Assembly: GCA_965248925.1 (NCBI GenBank)
Contig: CBDFLE010000006.1
Location: 384,001 to 448,000, forward strand
Origin: Candidatus Multivoradales bacterium
GTDB taxonomy: Bacteria > Acidobacteriota > Thermoanaerobaculia > Multivoradales > J023
Direction of reading: 5' to 3'
Length of the DNA stretch: 64,000 nucleotides
Below, piece after piece: positions 22,977-33,457 of the stretch; the first letter of the stretch is position 1; every line of letters begins with the position of its first letter. Both the position numbers and the translations under genes were made by a program. The notes under the pieces were generated by a model. It was not told where the DNA came from. It made no database searches and saw only the letters and a list, made by a program, of their open reading frames with translations.

Positions 22977-25900
22977 GTGATCCGATCCGTAAGCCTCTTC
23001 CGCGTCATCAGTCTCCTCAGTCTTCTAAGCCTGCCAACAACACTGCAAGCCGGCACCGCCTGCAGCGGCGTCCTCACTTACCTCGAACAAGGATTCTTCG
23101 CTGACCAACCCTCGAACTGCTCCACTGGCGCCCGCTGCTACACGCCGGTCATCTCCGGCGCCACTTTCACCCCCGAGGCTGGCTGCGACCCGGCTATCGA
23201 ATCCTGTGCCATCACCATCGAAGTGCCGATCGACTTCGCCGGAAACCACCAGAACGATCCCAGCGCCTCGGGCTTCCTGTACAGCTTCGCCACCGTCACG
23301 GTGACCCCCAGCGGCGGCGGCACCCTGGGCACCTGCGGCTTGTCGGGCGCGGTGATCGAGGAAGATCACGGTACCTTGAGCTGGGGCATCACCAGCTCGT
23401 GCAGCGACCTGATGGCCAGCTACACGATCACCGCCACCGCCTGCCCCTGCGTCGGCTTCTTGTGCCCCCATTGCCCGAAAGAAACCACCCAAGTAGTCGA
23501 CTTCAGCCTGTCGCCCCTCTGCCCACCCCCACCCCCGCCCAGCGGCTGCCCGGAAGATGAATCGTGCCCCTCGTGCGTCGGTGGTGGCAGCGGAATAGGC
23601 GGCAGCGCCGGTGGTGGAGGCGGCGGCGCCTCGCCGCCGCAGAGCGGCCCCGGTGCCTTGCTGCGCTACCACGCGGGCGGGGTCGGCCACCCGAGCTATC
23701 CCGGCTCGGCCGGCATCACCGCCGAGCTGGGGCGCTATTGGGCCCACGAGTACACCGAAAGAATCGCTCGCGACCCCGATGACAGCAACGTCTGGCTGCT
23801 CACTCGCTATGCCACCTTCCGCCGCTTTACCGACCTAAACATGGACGGGGGCTACGACCGCACCATTCCCAGCGACGATTACCGCACCCTGACCAAGACC
23901 CCGACCGGCTGGACCCTGCTCGATCTAGACGGCACCCTGATGCAATTCGACAACACCGGCCTATGGTCCTCGACCACCGACCGCAACGGCAACGCCAAGA
24001 CCGCCACCCGCGACGGCACCGGCCGGCTGACCGCCGTCAGCTTCCCCGATGGTCGCTCGGAGACATTCACCTACTCGGCGGGCGGCAAGCTCGACTCGAT
24101 TAAAGAGATTGGAGTAGACGGCACCACCAGCCGAACTTGGGGTTACACCTTCACCGGTCAAGACCTCACCCGCATCGACCGTCCCGACGGCACCGCCTGG
24201 GTTTTCCTCTACGATGACCCAACCTTGCCGGGCTACATGACCCGAATGAGCCTGGCGGGTACAAACGCTAGCGAGCGGATCGCGGGCTCCTGGGCCTATG
24301 ACCCATTTGGCAATGTAGTGCAAATGTGGAAAGGCGCGGCCAACTTCAACGATGCCGGCGCCGTCGATCGCTGGTCGATGAGCTTCGACGATCCCCAACT
24401 GCCCATGGTCACCACGGTCACCGACCCCATGGGTGAGATCTCCACCTACACCTTGGGCCGCGACTCCGAGAGTCGCAAGCCTCGTCTGGAGCAGCTCGAA
24501 GGCTCTTGCCCGAGCTGCGGCACCGGCCCCAACAGCCGGCTGTTCTATGAAGATCCGGCCCACCCTCTGCGCCCCACCCGCCAGATCGACGGTGGCGGCA
24601 CCACGACCCTGACCACCTACGACGCCAACGGCCAAGCAATCTCTCGCGTCGAGGCCCTCGGCACGGCGTTGGAGCGCGAGACAACCTGGCAGCGAGATCT
24701 CACCTACCCGGCGCTGATCACCGAGATCGAGCGCCCCTCGACCACCGGCACCCCTCTAGATTTCCGCCGCACCACCTTCACCCTCAGTGGCCAAGGCAAC
24801 GCCACCGACCGCATCGACGAAGGGGTAGAAGACGGCCAGGTTTTCAGCTACACAACCACGACCACCTACACTGCCGAGGGCCAGCCAGAAGATCGCGATC
24901 CACCCGGCTACGGCACCGCCGATGTCACCACCAGCGCCTGGGACGCTGCCCGTGGCGGCCTGGTGCTGGCCAGCCGCACCGATCCGCTGATCGGTAGCTC
25001 CCTCTTCGGCTATGACCCCTTCAACCGCCGAACCTCCGTCACCGACCCCAACGGCGTAGCCAGCGAAACGCAGTACGACCCGCTCAATCGTGTTCTGTTC
25101 AGCATCCAGAAAGGCGCGGTAATGGCCGAAGACCTGATCACCGAGCAGCGCTACACGGTCTTTGGCGACCTCTTCCAAACCGTCCTGCCGCGCGGCAACG
25201 TGCTCGAGTACGGCTACGACCCCACAGGCCGCTTGGTGTCCATCGAACGCAAGCCCGATGACCTGCCGGGGAGCCACATCGAACGCACTTTCTACACCCT
25301 CGATGGCTTTGGCCACCGGGTGCGCGAAGAGCTGCAAAGCTGGGACGGCGCGAGCTGGACGAGTGCGTCGACTACCGACTACCTGTACTCGACCCGCTGC
25401 CATCTCGACCAGATGATCGAAGGCGCGGGCAGCCCCGAACAGGCGATCACCGAGTACGCCTACAACTGCGATGGCGACCTCGAACGCTTGTGGGACGCGA
25501 ACCATCCATCGGCGGGCCAGACTGCGGCAGCCAGCACGGTCTATGGCTATGACCCACTCGACCGATTGACCACGGTCAGCCAGCCATTCGGCGGCGCGGC
25601 CGGCGGCCAAGCCGTGACGACCTACGGCTTTGACGTTCAGGATCATCTGACCTCGGTGACGGACCCAGAGGGCACGGTCACCAGCTACGTCCACAGCGAT
25701 CGAGATCTGCTGACCCGCGAGACCTCCGAGGTCTCTGGCGTGACCAGTCATCTGTACAACGAGCACGGCGAGCGCACAGAGACGACCGATGCACGCAGCA
25801 TCTCCACCCTGCGCACCCTCGATGAGCTGGATCGGGTCACCCTGGTCGACTACCCCGACGACACCCTCGACGTGACTTACACCTACGATGACCCGCTGGC

Positions 25901-27665
25901 GCCCTTCAGCCTCGGTCGACCCACCCAGATCGAACGTGACGGTCAGCCGATCGACTACCAATACGATCGCTTCGGCCGCATGACGCAGGACGGCGAGCTG
26001 GCCTACGCCTTCGACACTAACGGCAACAAGAGCGAGATCCTGTATCCTGGTGGAGTGAGGGCAATCTACACATTCGATCACGCTGACCGTCACCTGACCC
26101 TCGACGCCGAGGTGCCAGGCCAGGGCATCCAATCGATCGTCACGGGAGCCCTCTACCAACCCATCGGCCCCTTGCGCCAGGTGACACGCGGCAATGGTGT
26201 CACCGAAAGCCGCCAGCACGACAGCCGCTATCAGCCCTCCAGCATCACAGCGGTTGGCCCCGGCGGCACCTTGCTCGACTGGGACTACGCCACCGATGGG
26301 GTCGGCAACATCACCGCTATTGGCGATCTGCTCGACCCACTGAACAACCGCACCTACGCCTACCAGGAATACCAGTACTTCCTCACTCAGGGCGACGGCC
26401 CTTGGGGCAACCTAGCGTGGGCGTACGACAAAATCGGTAACCGTCTCAGCGAGACCCGCGACGGCGCCACCGACATCTATCAGTACCTCGCCAACGCAGC
26501 CGCGAGCGGCAATACCGCGAAACTCGACCAGATTGCACTCGGTGCGGGTGGCAGTCGCGTCTACACCTTCGACGCAGCCGGCAATCAAATCGGGATCGAC
26601 GAAAACGGCGACCCCGTGACATACACCTTCGATGATTCTGGCCGTCTGTCGGCTATCGATCACCCTTCGGCACAGGCCAGCTCGGTAATGTTCTACGACG
26701 GTCGCAGCTACCTACGCCAAGCAGTCGGGAGCGAGCCCGACACTTCGGGCAACGCTCTCTTCTGCGATGGCTTTGAAAGCGGCGACATCAGCGCTTGGGG
26801 TGATCCTGGAGCGAGTAGCTGCACAGCTGAGGCCGTAACCGATGCGGCCTACAGTTCCGACGGTGTGCTGCAACGGCGAGCCGGTGCCACCGAGGCCAAT
26901 GCAGTGCTCTACTTCGGGGGACAGCCGGTAGCGCAGACCGGTGGGGCTATCGTGACCCACCTGACGGCAGATCACCTCGGGACACCGGTACTAGCTTCTA
27001 GCAATGTCGGTGCCTCGGACTGGAGCGGCGGATTCGAGCCCTTCGGCAGTGACTTCGCGAATGCCGGAGACGCAGGCGTTTTCCTGCGCTTTCCGGGGCA
27101 GTGGGACGATGCGGCGTGGGACCCAAGTACTGAGATTCTCTACAACGTCCACCGCTGGTATGAGCACAGGACGGGGAGGTACACGAGAGTGGATCCGATT
27201 CGTTGGCGTGGTTCCAAAGCGAATACCTACAGCTACCCTGAGAACCAACCGCTTCTCTTCATCGATAGCTTTGGTCTCGCCCCGGTCACGAACGACTCCG
27301 GTGTTCCGATTCCTTACAAGCCTGAGAGCGAGGATGGTGTCATCAGGCTCTGCGGCCCTGGAGAAACCTGCGATGTAGACGGCGTCTTCCCTCCGGCTTG
27401 CGATGGTTTCCCGATCAAGATCGTTGGCGGCTGTAGGGCTGAGGTCCGAGCGAGTGGAAAGCTATGGATCTTCTGCCCTCTTTTCAATCCAGATGTTCCA
27501 GGTCTCAAGCGGAAGTTTCCCGCGCTCGGGCAACTCTTGAAGGGGGGGCGTACCAATGACAAATTTCACCAGAAATTTCCAGACTGGCCTGTTCCCAACG
27601 GAAAACCGTTTTGTGGATGTACTGTGGCCCCGCCTCCAGTCTCCGGCTCTGAGGAAGGCAGGTGA
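22977..27665 (+). CDS. Rhs/YD-repeat polymorphic toxin with N-terminal signal peptide and Cys-rich N-domain
   Basis: Hydrophobic N-terminus ending TLQA; many YD repeats; DHLGTP, LRFPGQW, YNVHRWY, DP...PLLFIDSFGL core end, then a unique ~128-aa tip. Confidence 0.95.
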   Translation: MIRSVSLFRVISLLSLLSLPTTLQAGTACSGVLTYLEQGFFADQPSNCSTGARCYTPVISGATFTPEAGCDPAIESCAITIEVPIDFAGNHQNDPSASGFLYSFATVTVTPSGGGTLGTCGLSGAVIEEDHGTLSWGITSSCSDLMASYTITATACPCVGFLCPHCPKETTQVVDFSLSPLCPPPPPPSGCPEDESCPSCVGGGSGIGGSAGGGGGGASPPQSGPGALLRYHAGGVGHPSYPGSAGITAELGRYWAHEYTERIARDPDDSNVWLLTRYATFRRFTDLNMDGGYDRTIPSDDYRTLTKTPTGWTLLDLDGTLMQFDNTGLWSSTTDRNGNAKTATRDGTGRLTAVSFPDGRSETFTYSAGGKLDSIKEIGVDGTTSRTWGYTFTGQDLTRIDRPDGTAWVFLYDDPTLPGYMTRMSLAGTNASERIAGSWAYDPFGNVVQMWKGAANFNDAGAVDRWSMSFDDPQLPMVTTVTDPMGEISTYTLGRDSESRKPRLEQLEGSCPSCGTGPNSRLFYEDPAHPLRPTRQIDGGGTTTLTTYDANGQAISRVEALGTALERETTWQRDLTYPALITEIERPSTTGTPLDFRRTTFTLSGQGNATDRIDEGVEDGQVFSYTTTTTYTAEGQPEDRDPPGYGTADVTTSAWDAARGGLVLASRTDPLIGSSLFGYDPFNRRTSVTDPNGVASETQYDPLNRVLFSIQKGAVMAEDLITEQRYTVFGDLFQTVLPRGNVLEYGYDPTGRLVSIERKPDDLPGSHIERTFYTLDGFGHRVREELQSWDGASWTSASTTDYLYSTRCHLDQMIEGAGSPEQAITEYAYNCDGDLERLWDANHPSAGQTAAASTVYGYDPLDRLTTVSQPFGGAAGGQAVTTYGFDVQDHLTSVTDPEGTVTSYVHSDRDLLTRETSEVSGVTSHLYNEHGERTETTDARSISTLRTLDELDRVTLVDYPDDTLDVTYTYDDPLAPFSLGRPTQIERDGQPIDYQYDRFGRMTQDGELAYAFDTNGNKSEILYPGGVRAIYTFDHADRHLTLDAEVPGQGIQSIVTGALYQPIGPLRQVTRGNGVTESRQHDSRYQPSSITAVGPGGTLLDWDYATDGVGNITAIGDLLDPLNNRTYAYQEYQYFLTQGDGPWGNLAWAYDKIGNRLSETRDGATDIYQYLANAAASGNTAKLDQIALGAGGSRVYTFDAAGNQIGIDENGDPVTYTFDDSGRLSAIDHPSAQASSVMFYDGRSYLRQAVGSEPDTSGNALFCDGFESGDISAWGDPGASSCTAEAVTDAAYSSDGVLQRRAGATEANAVLYFGGQPVAQTGGAIVTHLTADHLGTPVLASSNVGASDWSGGFEPFGSDFANAGDAGVFLRFPGQWDDAAWDPSTEILYNVHRWYEHRTGRYTRVDPIRWRGSKANTYSYPENQPLLFIDSFGLAPVTNDSGVPIPYKPESEDGVIRLCGPGETCDVDGVFPPACDGFPIKIVGGCRAEVRASGKLWIFCPLFNPDVPGLKRKFPALGQLLKGGRTNDKFHQKFPDWPVPNGKPFCGCTVAPPPVSGSEEGR
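25790..27121 (+). repeat. Rhs core segment duplicated at 30914-32245
   Basis: Direct comparison: same length, only scattered substitutions. Confidence 0.92.
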
Positions 27666-28114
27666 TGTCGATGCTTTGTCCAGTCCGAGGATCGGTATTC
27701 CGTATAGCTGCAGCGGTAGTTACCCTCGCCGGGCTGCTCGGGTGTGGTACGAAATCCGAATACCATCTTGAAGCCGAACCATCATCTTCTCCAACAGCCA
27801 GTACTGAGAGCACTGACGGGTCATGGAGATCCGCTCTCGGCAACTTGATTCTGCCCCTAATCGAGGATCACGATACGGAGTACGCTCAAGGCTACAGCGA
27901 AGAGGTCTTTCGATCTCTCGGGCTCGGGACGGATAGGGAGACCGTTGAAGACCTCCTAGGATCACCACTCTTTTTGAGGAATTTCCCTAACGGTATGACG
28001 TATTGGTACTACTCACGTCACGGGAAGCAATCCGAAAACTACTTCGTGCGAATCACGGTGTTCGACGCAGAGGGAAATTTGGTGGAGCGGCATAGCGACT
28101 TCTACCTTGACTGA
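27662..28114 (+). CDS. Putative immunity lipoprotein (BamE/SmpA-like fold)
   Basis: Overlaps the Rhs stop; lipobox LLGC; LGLGTDRETVEDLLGSPL...WYYS. Confidence 0.75.
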   Translation: MMSMLCPVRGSVFRIAAAVVTLAGLLGCGTKSEYHLEAEPSSSPTASTESTDGSWRSALGNLILPLIEDHDTEYAQGYSEEVFRSLGLGTDRETVEDLLGSPLFLRNFPNGMTYWYYSRHGKQSENYFVRITVFDAEGNLVERHSDFYLD

Positions 28115-28149
28115 GGGCTCGCGTATAGCTGCTCAGCGACAATTAGACC

Positions 28150-29278
28150 TGTGCACTGACGACAATTACTCCTGTGCATCCGAGTCCCGCCTCTTGGGGG
28201 TCGCTAGCGACCCCCAAGAGGCGGGAAAATGCTCGTTTACTCGACCGAGGAGCGGGCGTGGTTACAGACGCACAAGTGAGGAAACTGATGAGCGAGCTGA
28301 AGCAAGGCGCCGGTATCGGCGTGGCCTCTCTACGAGCCGGCATGCACCGCAACACGGCGCGCCGGTATGTGGCGGCTGGTGGTCTGCCGTCGGAGTTGAA
28401 AGCGGAGCGCCGGTGGCGTACCCGCAAGGACCCTTTCGCGGCCGATTGGCCAGCGATCACCGCCCGCCTGGAGTCGGCTCCCGAGCTGGAGGGCAAGGCG
28501 CTTTTCGAGGATCTGATGGCCCGCCATCCCGACCGCTATCACCAGGGGCAGCTGCGCACCTTTCAGCGCCATGTGAAGCAGTGGCGGGCTACTGAGGGTC
28601 CAGAGAAGGAGGTGTTCTTCGGCCAAAACCACCGGCCTGGTGAGGCGTTGCAGACCGACTTCACCTGCTGCAAGAAGCTGGGGGTGAGGATCGGTGGCGA
28701 GGTGTTCCTTCACCTGCTGTGCCACTCGGTGCTGCCGTACAGCAACTGGCAGTCGGCGACGGTGTGCTTTTCCGAGTCGATGCTGGCGATTCGCCAGGGA
28801 GTCCAGACCGCCGTTTTCCGGCTGGGCCGGGTGCCCCGGTACCACCAGACGGACAACTCGACGGCAGCGACCCATGACCTCAAGACCGGGCAGCGAGGTT
28901 TCAATGACGAGTACGTCTCGGTGATGGAGCATTTGGGGATGAAGCCGCGGACGATCGGCATCGGCCAGAGCCACCAGAACGGCGACATCGAGGCGGCCAA
29001 CGGGGCGCTGAAGCGGCAGCTGAAGCAGCATCTTCTGCTCCGTGGCAGCCGGGACTTCGACAGCGTCGAGCTCTACCAAGCGTGGATCAGCGAGCGGCTG
29101 GAGCAGGCCAATGCGCGGCGCGCGAAGCGCTTGCGCGAGGAACTTGCGGTCATGCGGCTGCTACAAGCCGATCGGCTCCCGCAGCACCGTAGGCTGCGTC
29201 TCCGGGTGAACTCGTGCAGCACCATTCGGGTGAAGAACAACACCTACTCGGTGCCGTCGCGACTGATCGGCCGGAACG
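28150..29278 (+). mobile_element. istA: IS21-family element remnant with 3'-truncated IstA transposase (CDS ~28258-29278)
   Basis: TG-start end at 28150; RTRKDPF, LRTFQR, HRPGEALQTDFT, QTDNSTAA, ENG-like QNGDIE, YSVPSRLIG; cut at the IS3 end. Confidence 0.85.
28185..28226. repeat. Perfect 42-bp palindrome in the IS21 leader
   Basis: tcccgcctcttgggggtcgct|agcgacccccaagaggcggga. Confidence 0.9.
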
Positions 29279-29312
29279 TGTCAATGAAAGTGAGACACTA
29301 TTCTTCTGGGAA

Positions 29313-30434
29313 TTAGTACGGAATCGGTAGTGGTTCCGGCACCATCGCTTTCAACGAGGGCGCGCAGCCAGGTGGCTCGCCTGGTGCGTCGTCGTCTACG
29401 CGGTGTGTCACCTCGTTCTCGGTATCGGCTGGGTCAGTGGTGGCGGTGGAGGTCGGCGGGTTGATCCAGACCTTGTCACTGGGCTCCGGCAAAGCCGGCG
29501 CTCGCCGCTTGAAGCGGCTTGGATGAGCGGCTGAGGCGGCGGCGAGGACTTCTCGACGTTGCTCCAGTACTGAGGCCGTGAGGCCGTAGTGGACGGTCTC
29601 TGGCGTCAACAAGCCGAGTCCCGTGTGGTAGTGCTGCGTGTTGTACCAGCCGATGAACGAGCGGCAGGACGCTCGTGCATCTTCCAGTGATCCGAAGCGG
29701 TCGGGAAAGCTCGGATGGTACTTGAGCGTCTTGAACTGGGCCTCAGAGAACGGATTGTCGTTGCTCGTGTAGGGCCGGTTCAGCGACCGTGTCATCCCGA
29801 GATCGGCCAGCAGTAGAGCCACTGGCTTGGATGTCAAGCTCGAACCGCGGTCCGAGTGCAAGGTAAGTCGATCTCGCTCAACACCTTGCTTCTCAACACT
29901 GTCGGCGATCAACCGCTTCGCGAGTCCTCCGGACTCGCGGCAGGCGAGCATCCAGCCGACGATGTAGCGGCTGAAGACGTCCAGAATTACGTAAAGGTAG
30001 TAGTGGGTCCACTTCACCGGGCCCTTGAGCTTGGTGATGTCCCACGACCACACCTCGTTCGGCCCTGTGGCCAGCAGTTCGGGCTTGGTGTAGTTGGGAT
30101 GACGCCGCTGACGGCGTCGCTCGCGCAGCTCGCCCTCAGACTCCAGGACCCGGTACATGGTGCGCACCGAGCAGATATGGCGCTGATCCTCGTCCAGCAG
30201 CGCCGCCCAGACTTGACGCGGCGAGCGGTCGACGAAGCGCTCCGAGTGCAACACATCGAGGACCTCCTGGCGTTCAGCGGGCGTCAATGCCAGCGGCGGT
30301 CGAGGCCGCGTTGATAGCTGCGGCCCTGCGCTCTGCTGCCGACGGCGGCGATAAAAAGTGGCTCTGGGGACCGCCAAGGCGACGCAGGCTGCTTGCACCC
30401 CCACCGTCTCGGCCAGCGGCGCCACAGCGCTCAT
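29313..30434 (-). CDS. IS3-family transposase OrfB (DDE integrase core)
   Basis: PNEVWSWDITKL, LDVFSRYIVGW, LHSDRGS, DNPFSEAQFKTLKY, WYNTQHYH. Confidence 0.92.
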   Translation of the reverse strand: MSAVAPLAETVGVQAACVALAVPRATFYRRRRQQSAGPQLSTRPRPPLALTPAERQEVLDVLHSERFVDRSPRQVWAALLDEDQRHICSVRTMYRVLESEGELRERRRQRRHPNYTKPELLATGPNEVWSWDITKLKGPVKWTHYYLYVILDVFSRYIVGWMLACRESGGLAKRLIADSVEKQGVERDRLTLHSDRGSSLTSKPVALLLADLGMTRSLNRPYTSNDNPFSEAQFKTLKYHPSFPDRFGSLEDARASCRSFIGWYNTQHYHTGLGLLTPETVHYGLTASVLEQRREVLAAASAAHPSRFKRRAPALPEPSDKVWINPPTSTATTDPADTENEVTHRVDDDAPGEPPGCAPSLKAMVPEPLPIPY

Positions 30435-30844
30435 GGCTGGCTCTCGCTCGGCTCGATCCCTAGCAGCCGGGAAAGTTTTTTTTGGACATCGATGATCGTC
30501 TCGGCTTTGTACAGCTGATGCTTGAGCCGGGCATTCTCACGCTCAAGCTCCGCGACGCGGCGGGCCTCGGCAGAGACCGGTCGACGCTTGCGACCGCGCT
30601 TCTTCGACAGACCGGCCAGAGCTCCCGTGTCGCGCTGACGGCGCCACGTCGACAGTAGCGAGGAATACAGACCCTCCTGGCGAAGCAGGGCGCCAATCTC
30701 GCCGGGCTTGCTACAGGCGTCGGCGGCCTGGACGATGCGCAGCTTGTACGACGCGCTGTACCGCCGCCGCTTCGCCTTCTCAGCTACCTCGGGATCTGGT
30801 CGGTCAGCACCCATATCTCGCAGCTCGTGGCTTGGACTCGCCAT
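30431..30844 (-). CDS. IS3-family transposase OrfA (HTH + leucine zipper)
   Basis: RRRYSASYKLRIV, LLRQEGLYSSLLSTWRRQ, ELERENARLK, DVQKKL. Confidence 0.88.
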   Translation of the reverse strand: MASPSHELRDMGADRPDPEVAEKAKRRRYSASYKLRIVQAADACSKPGEIGALLRQEGLYSSLLSTWRRQRDTGALAGLSKKRGRKRRPVSAEARRVAELERENARLKHQLYKAETIIDVQKKLSRLLGIEPSESQP

Positions 30845-30913
30845 GGTGATTGCTCTCCACACCCTCACTAATTTCTCGGTATTTGAGTGTCTCACTTACA
30901 TTGGCACAGAGGG

Positions 30914-32855
30914 TGCACGCAGCATCTCCACCCTGCGCACCCTCGATGAGCTAGATCGGGTCACCCTGGTCGACTACCCCGACGACACCCTCGACGTGAC
31001 CTACACCTACGATGACCCGCTGGCGCCCTTCAGTCTCGGCCGACTCACCCAGATCGAACGTGATGGCCAGCCGATCGACTACCAATACGATCGCTTCGGC
31101 CGCATGACGCAGGACGGCGAGCTGGCCTACGCCTTCGACACTAACGGCAACAAGAGCGAGATCCTGTATCCTGGTGGAGTGAGGGCCATCTACACATTCG
31201 ATCACGCTGACCGTCACCAGACCCTCGATGCCGAGGTGCCTGGCCAGGGCATCCAAGCGATCGTCACGGGAGCCCTCTACAAAGCCATCGGCCCACTGCG
31301 CCAGCTGACACGCGGCAATGGTGTCACCGAAAGCCGCCAGCACGACAGCCGTTACCGGCCCGCCAGCATCACAGCGGTTGGCCCCGGCGGCACCTTGCTC
31401 GACTGGGACTACACCACCGATGGGGTCGGCAACATCACCGCCATCAGTGATCTGCTCGATTCGCTGAACAACCGCACCTACGCCTACCAGGACTACCAGT
31501 ATTTCCTCACCCAGGGCGACGGCCCTTGGGGTGCTCTGACCTGGGCCTACGACAAGATCGGCAACCGTCTCAGCCAGACTCGGGACGGCGCCACCGACAT
31601 CTACCAGTACCTCGCCAACGCCGCCGCGAGCGGCAATACCGCGAAACTCGATCAGATTGCGCTCGGTGCAGGCGGCAGTCGCGTCTACACCTTCGACGCA
31701 GCCGGTAACCAGACCGGGGTCGACGAGGATGGCGACCCGGTGACCTACACCTTCGATGATGCTGGCCGTCTGTCGGCCATTGATCACCCTTCGGCGCAGG
31801 CCAGCTCGACGATGTTGTACGACGGTCGCAGCTACCTACGCCAGGCAGTCGGGAGCGAGCCCGACACTTCGGGCAACGCTCTCTTCTGCGATGGCTTCGA
31901 AAGCGGCGACATCAGCGCCTGGGGTGATCCGGGGGCCAGTAGCTGCACAGCTGAGGCCGTAACCGAAGCGGCCTACAGTTCCGACGCTGTGCTGCAACGG
32001 CGAGCCGGTGCCACCGAGGCCAATGCAGTGCTCTACTTCGGGGGACAGCCGGTAGCGCAGACCGGTGGGGCTATCGTGACCCACCTGACGGCAGATCACC
32101 TCGGGACACCGGTACTAGCTTCTAGCAATGTCGGTGCCTCGGACTGGAGCGGCGGATTCGAGCCCTTCGGCAGTGACTATGCAAATGCCGGAGACGCAGG
32201 CGTTTTCCTGCGCTTTCCGGGGCAGTGGGACGATGCGGCGTGGGATGTGGATAGCCCTTTCTTCTTCAATGTTCTCCGGTGGTATCAATCCGGCACCGGC
32301 AACTATAGCCGCCCCGACCCGCTAGGTGCTCAAGGTGACTTCCACCCCTACCTCTACGCCACAGCGAACCCTCTCTTCTTCGTTGATCCAACCGGCGAGA
32401 AATCTAGAGTCTGTTGCACTCCTATAACACAAGGCCAGTCATTAGCAGCCTTCAAGCATTGCTTCATCCAGACGGAGAAGAAACCTGGAGATCCTTCAGG
32501 AGAATCAGAGAGTGTAACCTTTGGACTACAGAGTGTTCGCAGAAAGGGCTGCAAGTTCAAGAATGATTTCTTCGATACCGACAGGGTTGGGAAGAGCAGA
32601 ACAGAGTGCGGGCCTTGGAGCGGTGACGACGACTGCGAAACGGACCCCTGTGTTGCTAAGCAATTCGAGAACTATCCAAACCCATCTAACTACCAGCTTC
32701 TCCGAGGGCCTAATAGCAATTCTTTTGCAAGCACCGTTGCGGGTGCTTGCGGCCTTACTCCTCCCAGTGTGGCTGGGACCATACAGACACCTGGGTGGGG
32801 CAAACAGGGTAGGCCAGCCAAGAACAAGAATTTCAAATGCCCGGAGCATCGATGA
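30914..32855 (+). pseudogene. Orphan (5'-truncated) Rhs core with a different C-terminal toxin tip
   Basis: 30914-32245 is a near-identical 1332-bp copy of 25790-27121; PLFFVDPTGE is followed by a new tip; no native start (IS3 lies upstream). Confidence 0.9.
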
Positions 32856-33457
32856 AACTTCGAAGTCTCCCAGTCTCCGCAGGTCTCCTGGCAATTCTCA
32901 CTGCGGCGACAACATTGGCATGCTTGTCGCCGCCATTTGTTGGTAATTTCAGGCCTTGGCCTGGATCCACTGCATTCGTAAAGGGCCTGCGTTGCCAAAT
33001 GACAGAGGCAGATCTGAGACACTACGCTGAGCAGTTTCCCAAGATACTTCTTCACAAGCCTGACAGCTTGAGGCATGTGTTTTTTGCTGAGAAGGGAGAC
33101 ACGCTCATTCGATTGGGGTTGCAAGACGGCCTTCTACAGACATATCACATATCGTGGACCAGCGGATTTACTAGAAGCTCTTCACGTCTGAAATACGACC
33201 TGTGTAAGCGACGATATTTGGTACACATGTGGCTCGTGAGTTCTAGTGAATACGGCGGCGCGGCCGGGTGGCTAGACGGCGTTCTCCTGGGTCAGCTTAG
33301 CGAATCGGGTGGCTTTGTGCGTGATATTCCCTTGGGGGTTCACGAATTCCGGATCGAGGCGCCGGGAGTTGGTGTTTGGGTGATCGAGCTGCGCTATGAC
33401 AAGGCTAGTCAAGGCCATGATCGGATCCCGATTGAGGTGATGACCAAGCTGGAATAA
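32852..33457 (+). CDS. Putative immunity lipoprotein for the orphan Rhs tip
   Basis: ATGA overlap with the toxin stop; signal peptide with lipobox TLAC; lower GC. Confidence 0.7.
   Translation: MKLRSLPVSAGLLAILTAATTLACLSPPFVGNFRPWPGSTAFVKGLRCQMTEADLRHYAEQFPKILLHKPDSLRHVFFAEKGDTLIRLGLQDGLLQTYHISWTSGFTRSSSRLKYDLCKRRYLVHMWLVSSSEYGGAAGWLDGVLLGQLSESGGFVRDIPLGVHEFRIEAPGVGVWVIELRYDKASQGHDRIPIEVMTKLE

Larger units (their letters stand above)
29279..30906 (-). mobile_element. IS3-family insertion sequence (~1.63 kb)
   Basis: Terminal IRs TGTCAATGAAAGTGAGACACT / TGCCAATGTAAGTGAGACACT; orfA and orfB; A8 run at ~30476-30483; no target duplication. Confidence 0.92.

Noticed and set aside
30708-30913. 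N-terminus of the 715-aa ORF 30708-32855
   Set aside because: It is antisense IS3 orfA and IR sequence, not a genuine Rhs N-terminus
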